Assembly: GCA_051453625.1 (NCBI GenBank)
Contig: JBOZIK010000001.1
Coordinates: 35,650,863-35,699,553, forward strand
Source: Welwitschia mirabilis
Lineage: Eukaryota
Length of the DNA: 48,691 nucleotides
Reading direction: 5' to 3'
A program made the translations under genes and the position numbers. Positions 24,851-37,859 of this stretch are shown here, in pieces. Below the pieces are notes generated by a model. It saw nothing but the letters and a program-made list of their open reading frames with translations, did not search any database and was not told the DNA's origin. Within the stretch, counting starts at the first letter, position 1. The number at the start of each line of letters is the position of its first letter.

Positions 24851-26436
24851 TATTGGTAAATCTAGTTTTGATGATCCCATTTGTCAAATATTTGGTGTTG
24901 TTGTGTATACAAGTTATTATGGAAAAAAATCAAATCATGATAAGCATAGATTGATGATAGATCTTCAAAGACAACATTTCATGAAAAGGCTCAGAATTTG
25001 AAATGCAATATCAGTTGTGTGAAGTTGTCTATAAAATGGAAGATGTTTATGGTAAACATGTCTAAACCATTAAATACATCTATGATAAAGATGTTTACAG
25101 CTTAAAAACATTTATGATGTATTAGCTTTTAGGTCACAGGTTAAAAATGACTATCTCATTAAAGATAGATATGCTAAAAAGTTAGACCTGATACTGATAA
25201 AAGACATCTATATGTTTGAAGACATCTATACTGAACTAAATTATGTAACAAAGTCATTTTATGCTTTGATGAATGTTTTACATTTTAGGTGAGCTATTAA
25301 CTTTGTTATTATAGATTCATGATCTTGAAGGGCTAAAGATTATATGAACCAATTTTTGTTAATTTCTAAATAAGTACTTTAAACATGTCTATCAGGTGAA
25401 TACATTTAACTATTAGTAGACATCTACAAATTTGAAGATATATTGGATCAAAGTTCATGTCAATTGAAAATGAAGATTTGTTCTTGACTCATAGATGCTC
25501 CTATCTATTGCATTATGATTACAAAGTTTAAATAGCTACTATTGGAGGTTAAACAACTAGTTTCTCTTTAATGGTATAAAGGCATAACATCACAAAATAA
25601 ATGAGCACTTGATATGCTTTCAATAATCATACTTCCAAGGCATGTGACAAATAAATCTAGCTTAAAGAAAATGAACACATGGGGGATTGGAACTACTCAT
25701 GAAGGAACAAAGGTACTATTTTCAAAGGGGCTTACAGTATCTACATCATTTATTCTTAGATCCTACATTACTGAATCATTTATTTAGACTTATGATAATG
25801 ATAAGAATAAGGAACTCAAGTAATTTTTCAAATCTACATCTTTCAGGCTGCTTGTTGTATTGTATTTAGTATTTCTTACATTATTAAACTATCTTATTCT
25901 TAAATATTATTATAAGTCCATCATTATATCATCAAACTCATTATAAGGAAACCCTTAAATGGTTGTGCATTGAGGTTGTGCCTATGAGCACTTACTTTAT
26001 TATAAGGTTAGTGATGAACCTAAACCACTATTCCCCTAAGGGAAGGAGAGTGTTGCTTTGCGAATAGACTCTCTTTGTTGTAAAATTAGTAGTGATCCTA
26101 AACCATCATTTTCATGAGGGAAAGATAGTACTACATTATGAGGAGACTTTCATTATTATAAGGTTGGTGGTGTACCACAAAACCACTATTTCCCTGAGGG
26201 GAATAGAGTGCTGCTTTATAAGGAGCATATCAGATTGCTATTATAAGGTTGGTAATACATCAAAAAACTACTATTTCTTGCAGGTTTAAAATATCCAGAG
26301 GTGTTAAAGGAAGTTATCCTATGTGTGTCAACATACCCAGATTGGGAAACCACATTATCTTAAGAAGGTATTTATTTTTGCATTATTTTACTGATTAAAA
26401 TTTTATCTAGTAGAACTCATTTACCCTTCTTCTTTA
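24851..26436 (+). repeat. 3' LTR of the SIRE-like element (right end not cleanly defined)
   Basis: Collinear with 16907-18490; homology is lost at ~26436 and no TSD was found. Confidence 0.8.
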
Positions 26437-29130
26437 TGATGGAGATTTCAAATGAGAAGCAACCATGGATTTTAAAGCTAAGCACCCTCCATCTTTCTAC
26501 TGAGTGCTACATTTAATTTTTGGCTATGTTCTCCTTCTTCTTAGTGGATGTATGGATGAGGTAACATTGTAAAGACTTCAATTCCTACGTTATATTTATA
26601 TGTAGCATAGGTTAATACATTAATGCTTATTTCCAAATTCTTGATGCAGACCATGAATTATAACAATATAATACTATGATATGGAGTATCCATCATGCTT
26701 ATTTTTAAGAAACTTAAGGTCCCTCTATCATAATTCAATGTTGTAATTCTTCATCCTTCTAAACCACTAAATTATTCTACATTAATTGTAATGCACATTT
26801 TCAAGGTTCATCTAGTCCCATAACATGTTAAACATACCAAACCTTCTATTCCTTCAAGTCCTTACTTATACACCACTATATCTAGAGGTATCACTAATCT
26901 GGTGTTAGATATGCTTTATCCCATGTCCACTCAAATACATAAATAGGATCAGAGTTAGTGGTACTTAATTTGCCTTCTTGAGGATATGTAGGAGCACACA
27001 TGTAGGAGTGGTGTAGATTTGTATTTATTTCTTAAACTTACTTTTCCAAATAATCTAAATCCAAATCCTATATCATAATATCCAATATGAAAATTACAAA
27101 ATAAATAAGAAGGGTAAGAGGTAATAGTAGTAGCAGTAGAAGAAGTAGAAGTAGAAGATAAAGCACTAGAGGAAGAAATAGAGGAGTCAAACACTAAATA
27201 AGAAAAGAAATCTTATGAATAATTAGAAGAGGAGGAAGAGAATTTTGAATAAGAATTGAGTGAGGAGTATAGTATACGCATAGAAAGGTTGGAAAAATCC
27301 AACACCACTAAAGCCTACATGACCATCATTATAGTATGAAGTGATAGATTCATAGTGATCATTATGAGCCCATTACACTACCTCATCATCATGTCTCATC
27401 AAGTGCTATCTTGACTCCTTAGATGTTACATTCTAGAAAGCAATTATCATCTTTTATTACTCAATGGGCATAGGATTTTGGTAATATAGTTCTTTTGTAT
27501 GAGTTAAGATCTGAGTCTAACTAGATTTGTAGTGATGTACACTTCATTTTATTACTTATCGTAAGTATCAATCATTTTTCACTTCCATCCTTATCACTGA
27601 TGATAAAGGGGATAGCTATTGAACACTCTTTGTACTATCAGATATTTTTTATTTAGCTTTACTTATTGTCTAATTACTCTTTTTAGTAGAAAATTGGATA
27701 TTTCAGTATGCCTTCATAACATGTGATATTTTTTATGCATAATATTTTTAATTAATGTATTTTATTAATAATTATAATCACTATGATAGCTTGATGTTCC
27801 TTTGTAATCTTCCATTTACTACTTCCATTTCCTATAGCACGTGATAAAGTATTCCATTTTTGTGTCTCCCTAGAATCATAAAATTGCATAGCTTCATATT
27901 CATCTCCAATCTAAATTTTCAAATTTGTATATTTCTTATCACATTCTTATGAGATACATAAGCTAGGGGGAAGTACAGATCAAGGTGGAACTTTAACATA
28001 GATTTGGCTATCATCAATAATAAAGGGAAATATTGTTATACCTTCTAACTATCTATTAATGACAAACCAAATTCTTTAGAAAAATTATATTGCACTAAAT
28101 CTATTTACAGAACCTAGATAAAGCTTGCTAGTTGTAGATTCAAAGATTAAGTACAAGAACAAATTTCATGGAAGAGTAACTATAGTGAAGAGATGATATG
28201 TAAAACAAAAAATTAGAAAAACATAATGGGTAGTTGACTAGACCCTACCTACAAGTCTATCATATTTACATGAATCCTTTAGTCAATCAACTAGTAATTG
28301 ATCAGTCTCAACTGGGGATCAACTACCTCCTTTACATGTACCTCATCCTTTAAATAAATAGTTAACTAGTACTCCTAAAGAGTCAATCATGTAATGTCTT
28401 GTTAACTTAGATCATTTCAACAATAGATCGACTAACTATGAATGAAGATCAATTAGCTAATATTTCAACTAATACTCATGAATGGATCAACAACCATGCA
28501 CTAAGCTACAATTATAGGTAGCAATTAGAGAAAAACATATGACCAATTTTTGGCATATTAGAAATCTAACAACCTTTTTATATCTTCCAATAGTCATATT
28601 ACTTGGAATTATGATTAAAAACAACTAGATATCACTTATTATAAATTGGAATACTATTAAATTCATCAAAAACTTTTTCATCTTGAACTATGGGAGCTAT
28701 AATTATACTATTACACTCTAGTATATTTTCTATATTATCTTTCCTTCATCATATGCTTTTCATTATTATATTCAAAGCTAATTAATTTTACTTAGAGGAT
28801 AACAAATACTATAAAATCCTATTGTATGGAAGGACTATTGAAAAGTCTCATGGAAGTGTTATGAAGAATTTACTCATTGAATATAAAAATTTAAAATTCC
28901 CATGAAAATGTTATAAACATTTTATTCATTGAATATAAAAAATAGCCTTGTTTTTAATTATTATTCCTTTCATTTCTTTTATTATCTACCTTTTACTTCT
29001 CTTTTATGATTTGTGTTGGATTTTTACTAGTAATAAGCATTATTTTCCATTAACTAATTAATAAGGAGTGTAACTTAATGAATTTTTCCAAGTGATTTTG
29101 TAAGCCCCCCATAAAGTATCATTTAGTTTC
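26437..29130 (+). mobile_element. 3' part of a second SIRE-like element (extra-ORF relic, PPT, LTR from ~28034)
   Basis: Glu-rich relic at 27120-27260; repeated PPT-like motifs at ~27600 and ~27965; CATCAATAATAAAGGGAAATAT|TGTT junction at 28011-28037; decayed AGTCGACT-type palindromes at 28220-28500; C-run near the presumed LTR end (~29105). Confidence 0.5.
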
Positions 29131-29149
29131 TTATACCAATTCTTATAGT

Positions 29150-32100
29150 TAGAATTTTCTATTTTGAATAGAGTTCTTTTGATTTCATCGTTTAATTCTT
29201 GACTTAACCATTGGCTTATGGGTGATAAGTGCTTGCTATTTTGTAAATGATTCTAACTAATTTCATCAATTTTCTTATAGTTTCATTTACAAAATAGGGT
29301 TCTTGATTACTAATCAATATATGTGGATGACAAAATTGTTGCAAGACATGTTCTTAAATAAATTCAACCACTAATTTAACATCATTTATTTTGGTTGTGT
29401 TAGATTCAACCCATTTTATGACATGATCAACACATACTATAATGTGTTAAGAAAACATTAAAGGTCTCACGTCCTAAAATTGTATCCATATGAATTTCAC
29501 ATTTCTTAGAAATCCATTTTCTTTGTTAATTGTAATCACATACAAGGGTTCTTAATTACTAATCAATATATGTGGATGACAAAATTGTTGCAAGACATGT
29601 TTTTAAATAAATTCAACCACTAATTTAACATCATTTATTTTGGTTGTATTAGATTCAACCCATTTTATGACATGATCAACACATACTATAATGTGTTAAG
29701 AAAACATCAAAGGGCTCACGTTCTAAAATTGTATCCATAGGAATTTTACATTTCTTAGAAATCCATTTTCTTTGTTAATTGTAATCACATACAAAAACAC
29801 AATCTTATGAATCTTTAAATAATGTAGAATAATATAATATACTTTGCAATACTTTTTGTATGGTTTTATCTCCATTAAAATGCCCTCGGTAGTTAGTATC
29901 ATGATACATCCTTAATATTTTAGGTTTTTTCTATTTAGAAATATATGTGTAAGAAATATCATCTTTACAAATTATTTATATAGAAAAGGATTTTTATAGA
30001 TGTAGTTCTTAATTATTTTAATAAAAAATATTTATAATTATTTAACCAATCCTTTGGAACTCTCAAAGTAAAGAGATAATTTAAAATATCTACATACAAA
30101 TGACTTCTCTTTTGAAGGATTTTCTAAATTGCAATTAATTTCTCATTTGGAAATTGATAATGGAAAGTATCATCTATTTAATATCACTTAGGTAATTTCT
30201 ATTTTAAAATATGATCTTCAATCAAATTTTCTTATCTTTATTTGTCCAAAATATCCAAATCAAAATCTTGTAATAAAAGAGATCATCACATAATACAAGC
30301 ATTATCAATTTTTTTATTACAATAAATTTGATAGCAGAGTGATCACTAGAGAATTTAGTTTTGAATCCTACTAAATAATAATAGAAATTATTAAATACAA
30401 TAATAATTACAAGTACGTCCTTTAATATGGTTATGCAGTTACATGGAGCAAGGTTTAGAATTTTAAATGTAATAAATCATCCTAGGTTTATGATCAATGT
30501 ATTATCTTAAAATCACACTTATAGAAATATCATCAGCATCACACATCAAGTGAAAAGAATAATGCAATTATGTGCACTAGTTATAGATGTTGTAGTCACT
30601 TTATCTTTTAGAGTAACAAAAGCATATTCACAAGATTCATTTCACATGAAGTGTTTATCTTTGTCTAATAGCTTATATAAAGGCTTTGTGATTTGTGAGA
30701 AATCTTTAATGAACTGATTCATGTATCTAGAATGTCCTATAAATCCTCTAACAATTATGATATTTTTTATGTATGTAATAAAGATATTACTTTAATCTTG
30801 TTAGGTTTCATGGTTATTATATATTTTGAAATCATATGACCTGAAGCCACTCTACTTTTAACAATAAAATGGATTTTCTTATGCCTTAAATTAAAATTGT
30901 TTTCTATAGATTATGAATATACTATGTGAATCCCTTTAAGAATTTATTCAAAAGAATAACCATACAAAAAAAATTATCCATGAAAATTTCAACAAGTTCC
31001 TAAAGAATGTGGAAAAATATTAACATCAAGGCTCATGGAAATATAGCTCAGCATTTTGTAAACTAAATGGAATTGTTCTATACAAAAATATTTATAAGGT
31101 AATGTGAAAGTCATCTTATGTTAATATTTAGGAGTAATGACAACCTAGTTAACACCACTAAATACATCCAACAAACAATAATATTCATGCTTAAAAAGTT
31201 TTTCTAGAATTTGATCAATATATAGAATTGGAAAGTTGTCCTTCTTGGTTTCTTTAATTGATTTTTCTAAAATATTTACACAAACATCATTTTATTATTT
31301 TTTTTGGGAGTATAGTAATTAAACATATTCATTCATTACTAGAAATAGAATAGATAATCCCTTCTTTTCATAGCTTATGAATATCATCATTTACTACCTT
31401 GTGCAATGCACGATTAAGATGAAGAGGGGGTTTTCTAATGGGTTTCATGTTATTTTTAAAATATATTTGATGCATCACTAACTTAAATGAAATCCATTTT
31501 TATAAATCCTCATGATACTAAGCAAAATTCCCTATGTTTTGTTTCAAAAGTTAAGTGAGTTTGTGCTTATTATTTCATTCTAGTTTATTATTAGTGATTA
31601 AGTGTTTAGTATTTTCCTTAGTCAAGAAGATATTGGATATAATGGTAATGTTTTTAATTATAAGGTATCATGATCATTGTCTTATGGAAGAATTTCTTTA
31701 TTACCTTGTTATCTAAAAAGTAAGAACTCTTCTATTTCTTTGATTTTCTCATGTTAATTATCTATGTTGAAAAGTTCTTTGGGTTTATTTTTCAATCCTA
31801 GTTGAAGAGGATCTTTAATGAAAATGTCTTTGATAGAAATATTATTAAATTTATGTTCTTTTTGATGTTGTCCTTATTTATTTTATTTAGAATGATTGAA
31901 AATATTCATGTTTATCTTGATATTGATAAATGTTAATTATACTAGTCTAGTATAAGAATGTATTACTCCATTTATTATTGCCAACTAAAATCTACTCAAG
32001 ATAGTTGGAAAAAAATTCTCGATAATATCCAAGATTACAAAATCTATAAGGTATAGTTCTTGATTTACTTGAACTAATACATTCTTGATAAATCCATTTA

Positions 32101-35100
32101 GATTTGTGACAAAACTATCTACTAATGATAAAGTCATATTGGATTCAAAAATTTCTATTAATTATAATGCTTCAAAAAGATAGGAAGGCATAATGTTGAT
32201 ACTTTTACTAAATACAATCAAACACAAGTCATTCTCTTCTACTTTATGATTACTAAAATAGTTGATAATCTAGAATCCATATATTTAGGTGGTATCTTAA
32301 TTTTTATCATTTGAGTTATTTTTTTTTGGCCAAGTATACTTATTAAGAAACAAATTTTCATTTATTTTTCAAACATATATTCTTGATATATTTGGAGTAT
32401 AGAGTTGTATCACCAATGGATTTTGTCAAAGGAATTTTAACTCTACTTTTCAAATATTTAATAAACATTTTCATCATAGGTAAAATTCTCTTTCATTCTT
32501 CTTGAAAATGGTGATTAAGAATCTTGTGCTTTTAATGATCTAAATGAAATTAAAGTGGATAAATTTCCTTCTTTAGGAATATTTACTTGTTCATGCTCTT
32601 TTTTAGTAGTTGTTTCTTTAGTTATCTTTTCCTTTAGTGCATTTGATTTTGTTTAAGTCTTATTCCTCTTTCTTTAAGTTTGGGTATCAGTTTCCACTTC
32701 CAAGTTATTCCCACTTTAGCTTATTATTGCTCTTGATTGTTCATGAGATGCTTTTAAAGGTAAACCTAGTTTTTGATTTTGTCTAAAGTTGATTAACATT
32801 CTTTCTATATTTCTTACTATTTTACTCATCAAGTTCCTTTATTATTTCATCCCTTTTATCATCAGTTGTTGCTGATAAAATTATTTAAACCTCAAATTGT
32901 TATTGTTTTGATATGGTCTTGATAGATATATAGGTAAATATTAATTTGGTTTTTATGCAAATATTGTTGGGTAATTTCATTTTCAAGCCATGGTATTCTT
33001 TGATTGTTTAGATAGTCTTGTTGTGAGGGAGTAATTGCATTTCGATTTCTTGAAGAAGATTTATTGTAAAATGTTTCTACCATTTTCCTAACAATGCATA
33101 TCACATATTGCCAAGATCCACAAGGTTGAGTATTTTTTCCTACTTGCTCATAAAGAATACATGTCTCTACCTTCTCATAAGTATTAAGGTAAATTTAAGT
33201 TTTATTTTATTGAAGTGGTTGAGGTGTTGACGGTTCTTGTGGTGTTATTGGTCATGTGGTAATTATTGGTTAGGTTACTTATATAAAAGAGGGAATAGTT
33301 TATACCTAAGTAATATTTAGAACTATTGGTTTGTAAGTGGACATTGCATTTATTATATTTTACATTACATCTTTAATGTTTATACTATTGTCACTTGTTC
33401 TTATGCAAAAGTTGTATATTTAGTTTGTTTTGTTGACCATCTCTTATTTTAGTTTACTAATTCTTCCAAAATCTTAAAAACTTCTTTAGAATTCTTATTA
33501 AGTATGTTACCTTCTTATGAAAACTATACGTGTGATTTTATATATTTATCTAATCCTTTAATGAATATTTAAAGTAACTGATGTAATGGAAATTCATGAT
33601 GAGATTTCATTTGGTATAACCTACAAAATAACTCATAAGCTTCCTCATAGTCTTTATATTCATTTTGTGAAAAACCAATAATTTCTTTCTCAAACTATAA
33701 AACTTATCATCATAAAGGAATTTCCTCGTAGAAGCATTCTTAAATTCCTCCCAAAATATAATTGTATTTTAAAGAGTTTGTAATCAAAAGCAATCATTTT
33801 GGTTTTATTGATAGCTACAAGTGTTAAAAGTTCCATCATGTTTTTAAATTTAGTCAAATATAACATTAAATCCTCATCATATTTGCCATTTAATGACGAT
33901 AAGAATTATATATTTCTAACTTCAACATCTAGTCCAATTGGGAATATTAAAGGTTCATCATACATTTTTCCATGTTGAAAGTTGATATCCTTTAATATTT
34001 ATCCACATTTAACTCTATTATTCACATTTTACATTCCAACATTTGTAAAATAGACTACATTTATTAAAGGAGTTGTAATTTGTCTTCGTTGTAGGATAGT
34101 TGAAATAATTATTTATCCTAGTTGTGAAATAGATTTAAATAGAAATCTTTCAAGGCATTGGTTTGTAGGAATGTGTTTTGTTATAAAAATCAAATTAAAG
34201 TTCCAAAAAAGGGCTATGTTGATTGTACTAAAGATGTTTATATTGTTATCATTCATTTATATGTCTAAGTGATATGTTTACTTTAATTTGTTTATGGCAT
34301 AAACTTATAGAATTTTTCATGGAACTTATTAATGGGAATATAAGTCTAGGGATATGGCATAAGGTTGTATTCAAGGAAGAAATTTGATTATTTCTTAGAT
34401 TTAATAGAGTACTAACATTCGCTATTATGAATTTAAGTCACTCATTTTGGTGTTGCATTCTTTATTGCTAACTAAGATAAATATTTTGCATTGCATTACT
34501 CAACCTACTAGAAATGTATTAATTCCCTACATCTAATCAGTTCCTGGAATTGAAGATGGACACATAGTTTTTGACATTCCTATTAGTTATTACTATGATA
34601 TTAAATCGCAAACTTGTTTCATTTTATTTTACTTCTTTGATTTAAGTTTCATTCATTCCATTATATAAGAAAGTCCTATTGGTTGATAATATAAATATGG
34701 ATGCTAGTTGGTTGGAATTGATTGTATACAAAGAATTTTTTAAACATTTGCATCTTTAATTACTCCTTTTAGAATTGTAAAACTACATCATAATTATCTA
34801 CTTATTTTTACTAGAAGGTTTTGTAAGTTTGATAAGAATTAGGTTTAAATTAAGGTAGGCTCTAAAAACAATCCTTAACTAGATGAAACTTAACTTCTAA
34901 TGAATGTTTATCAAAAACTCATAATGGTATTGAAAGGATAGATTTCTTGTATGAACTCTTCTTTAGATTTAATAATGGACTCGCTATTTCTTTAAAGGCT
35001 TGGAAACTAAAATTTATATCTAGCTCTTTAATTTATAGTTTATTAAGTCCCTTAGTTGGATTATATCTAATAGGATTTTTTATATTAATTTAAAATTGTT

Positions 35101-36241
35101 ATTGAATTTGTATAAGAATTATTTATAATTTTCTCTTTGAAAGGTAGCTTCGTCAATCTTCATTAGCTCTCCAATTGTTGTTCTGAATTTGTAGATTTAA
35201 TAGAAATGTATTTCTTTAATAAACTAGTTTAAACTTATAAAATATTCCAGTTGAATATTTTTTTCCTAGAATCCATGTTTGTTTAAGGTAGTTGTTTCTT
35301 TTTTAAAGTTTAAGGTTGGATAATGGATCCTACAAAGTGACAAGAGGGTTGATTTCTAATTCACATATGTTGTCCACTATTCTTCCCTCTACTTTACCTT
35401 GTCTAGATAATTTAGGTGATGTCTCAAGATTCAGGAATTAAAATTCAACTTGAACTTGAATAATGCATTAAATTTATATCATAAATTATTTAGAGTTTAC
35501 ATTTCAAAAAAGAAAATTCAAGAAAATAAAATATAACTCTCTTGAGTTTAATAAAATTAAACAAATTCATTTCGAATAAATATTTTTTAACTAGAACTTT
35601 CTCAAGTGAAAATGAAATATGATAAATTTATTTTAATATCTAAAATATTTTTAAACCAATTTTTTTGTTAAAATTAGAGTAATCCTTTCTCATGAAATAA
35701 ATGTAATCTTTTCTTTTACAAAATGAAATGGATCTTTGAACGAGATGATTTGTATAAATATCAAGAATGTTTTGGAATCAAATTAAAATTTTAAATTTAT
35801 TCTTAATGTAATCAAAGGGTTTAGGATACTTACTTAAATCTTGGTGTCCCATGAAGTGCTTTCATCCACAAGGGTTCAAGCTCTTCTCCTTGAATCTCTC
35901 CCTTACTTGGTTATTTGATAGTCTTCCACAGTGTACATTAAAACAAAAGAAAGATATGAATATTTTATGATTCTTTTTACTTGAAAAACAAAAAAATAAA
36001 CATAAGTAATTTATAAAATAATTAAAAATAACTTCAAAATTGAATAGAAAACAAACAAGACTATGGCTAAAGAAATATTTATGAAAGAAATTATAAAAGG
36101 AAATTGCATAAAAGAATAGGACATAAATTAAATTTAAAGAGAAAACATAAAAGCTAATTAAGAAATTTGAAAGTAAAACTCTAAAAAACTCAATCTATTC
36201 TAAGATCTTAAGTCATCGATGCTTCCTTATCAATGATGCAA
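29150..36241 (-). mobile_element. Athila-like Ty3/Gypsy internal region, copy A (gag-PR-RT-RH-INT, fully degenerate)
   Basis: Minus strand shows gag (~33600-33960), protease-like LCLIVFSKSINIMPS (~32190-32230), RT KKDNFPILYIDQILEK, HEYYCLLDVFSG and EIFMDNF (~30970-31250), integrase IIVCVDHVIKWVE (~29410-29445) and a possible decayed Asp-PBS at 36224-36241. Confidence 0.88.
29296..29793. repeat. Two-copy 249 bp tandem duplication within the integrase relic
   Basis: 29296-29544 versus 29545-29793, about 8 substitutions by eye. Confidence 0.95.
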
Positions 36242-37859
36242 AAAAGTAATAAGTAGTGAGAAACCATCTAAATTGATCATGATTAACCTTATTGTATTCT
36301 AAGAAGCTTTCAAATGTAAATTCAAGATAATAAAAACTAGGTTTGAGACATAGCCTAGATAAATGTCATTATGAAAACAAAAAGTAAAAAAGAGATACTT
36401 GACTTCAACTTTGATATGCACATAAATAGAAAGATGAACAATATCAACTCTAGAAAGATAATAGTTTATCATGCTAATAATAATGCATTTGAGTAAAACA
36501 GAATTTTCTATATATTTTTTCTAATGAATACTTGAATGTATTGCATATCACATAAAAAAAATAAAAAATACAACAATTTATCCTAAGCAGTGTATTTATT
36601 ATAAACTAGTTATATGTAAAGCTAATACGAACATGAAAAATGTTAAATAGAAATTATGAAATTCAAAGTAAAATCAACTTGGATATTTAACTATAATTCT
36701 TATATTCATTTCTAACTATAATAAGGAGTAGAAAAACTAAAACAAAAACATAAACTAAATAAATTAAATTAAAAAGCCTAGCTTAGATGCACTCTAATAG
36801 CTTTTCAGCAAGAAAGGCTTAAATAAATTGCATGTCATGGAGCCAGATTAAATATGTAGCAAAGAAGCATTAAAGCTAGTTTTTTTATATAAAATAATAT
36901 AAGTACAATAAGAATTAAATGTATTTGTTAAATTAATTACCAAAATGGAACATCTTTTTCAAATGAGAAGGGTTAATTTATAATGGATTCCCATAAAGAT
37001 ATTTGGGTAAATTACAATAAAATCTATGTCAAACTAAATATTATTGATAAATATCTTAAATAGAGATTAATTTAACATCATTTTTATATTTTAACTTCTT
37101 AGCATTTACTTGAAATTTTCTATCATAGGTTTCATCGCTAATTGCTAGTGTGCACTAAATCTATAATTGCTATTATCGGTTCACTAGAAGTAGTTGAAAT
37201 TTACATTGCATAGTGATATCTTCCATCTTTAAGTTTTGTCATAAAATTATTACTATCACATAGCAACAAAATAATATAGAATTTAAAATTAATAATTATT
37301 GACAAGTGATATTTCTTCATGTCATAACTCCATTGATAAGTAATAGTGACAGATATTTTATTCACACATTTTCACTACACATTATGAACTTTGAAGTGAA
37401 TTTTATTGTGTTTCTTTTGCATATCAATGAGTGTCCATCACGTTGGATATGCACTATGCCATATCGACACATAATTAACCATAAATCTATGATATTGCTA
37501 ACCTATAATTATGTGATATACCTTTTTCCTTGTTTTTTGCTTATTATCACTAAGTGATAATTAGTTAACTAATTTTGTTATAAACTTATCACATAGTGAT
37601 AAATGACTATTGTGTGTATATGATGGTGTGACAATTCTGCAGAACTCACAAACTAATAGACATTATCATAAAATTATCTTTATGGGATAATCTTATCAAT
37701 AACTAAATTAAAAAAAGGTAAATCATCCTCCAAAACTTATTCTTACATTATAATACATTTTAAAACTTAATGATGTGTAATATTTTACTTTTAAAATATA
37801 TTATACCCTTTAAAGTTTTAAATTCATGATATAATATATGTTTATTTTAGTATTTTATT

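Larger units (their letters stand above)
16907..26436 (+). mobile_element. SIRE/Maximus-like Ty1/Copia element, internally deleted (no integrase core or RT), with an env-like region
   Basis: Two ~1.6 kb LTRs, degenerate Met-PBS, gag-protease relics, RNase H tail, extra ORF relic and an AAAAGGGGAGAT PPT. Confidence 0.85.
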
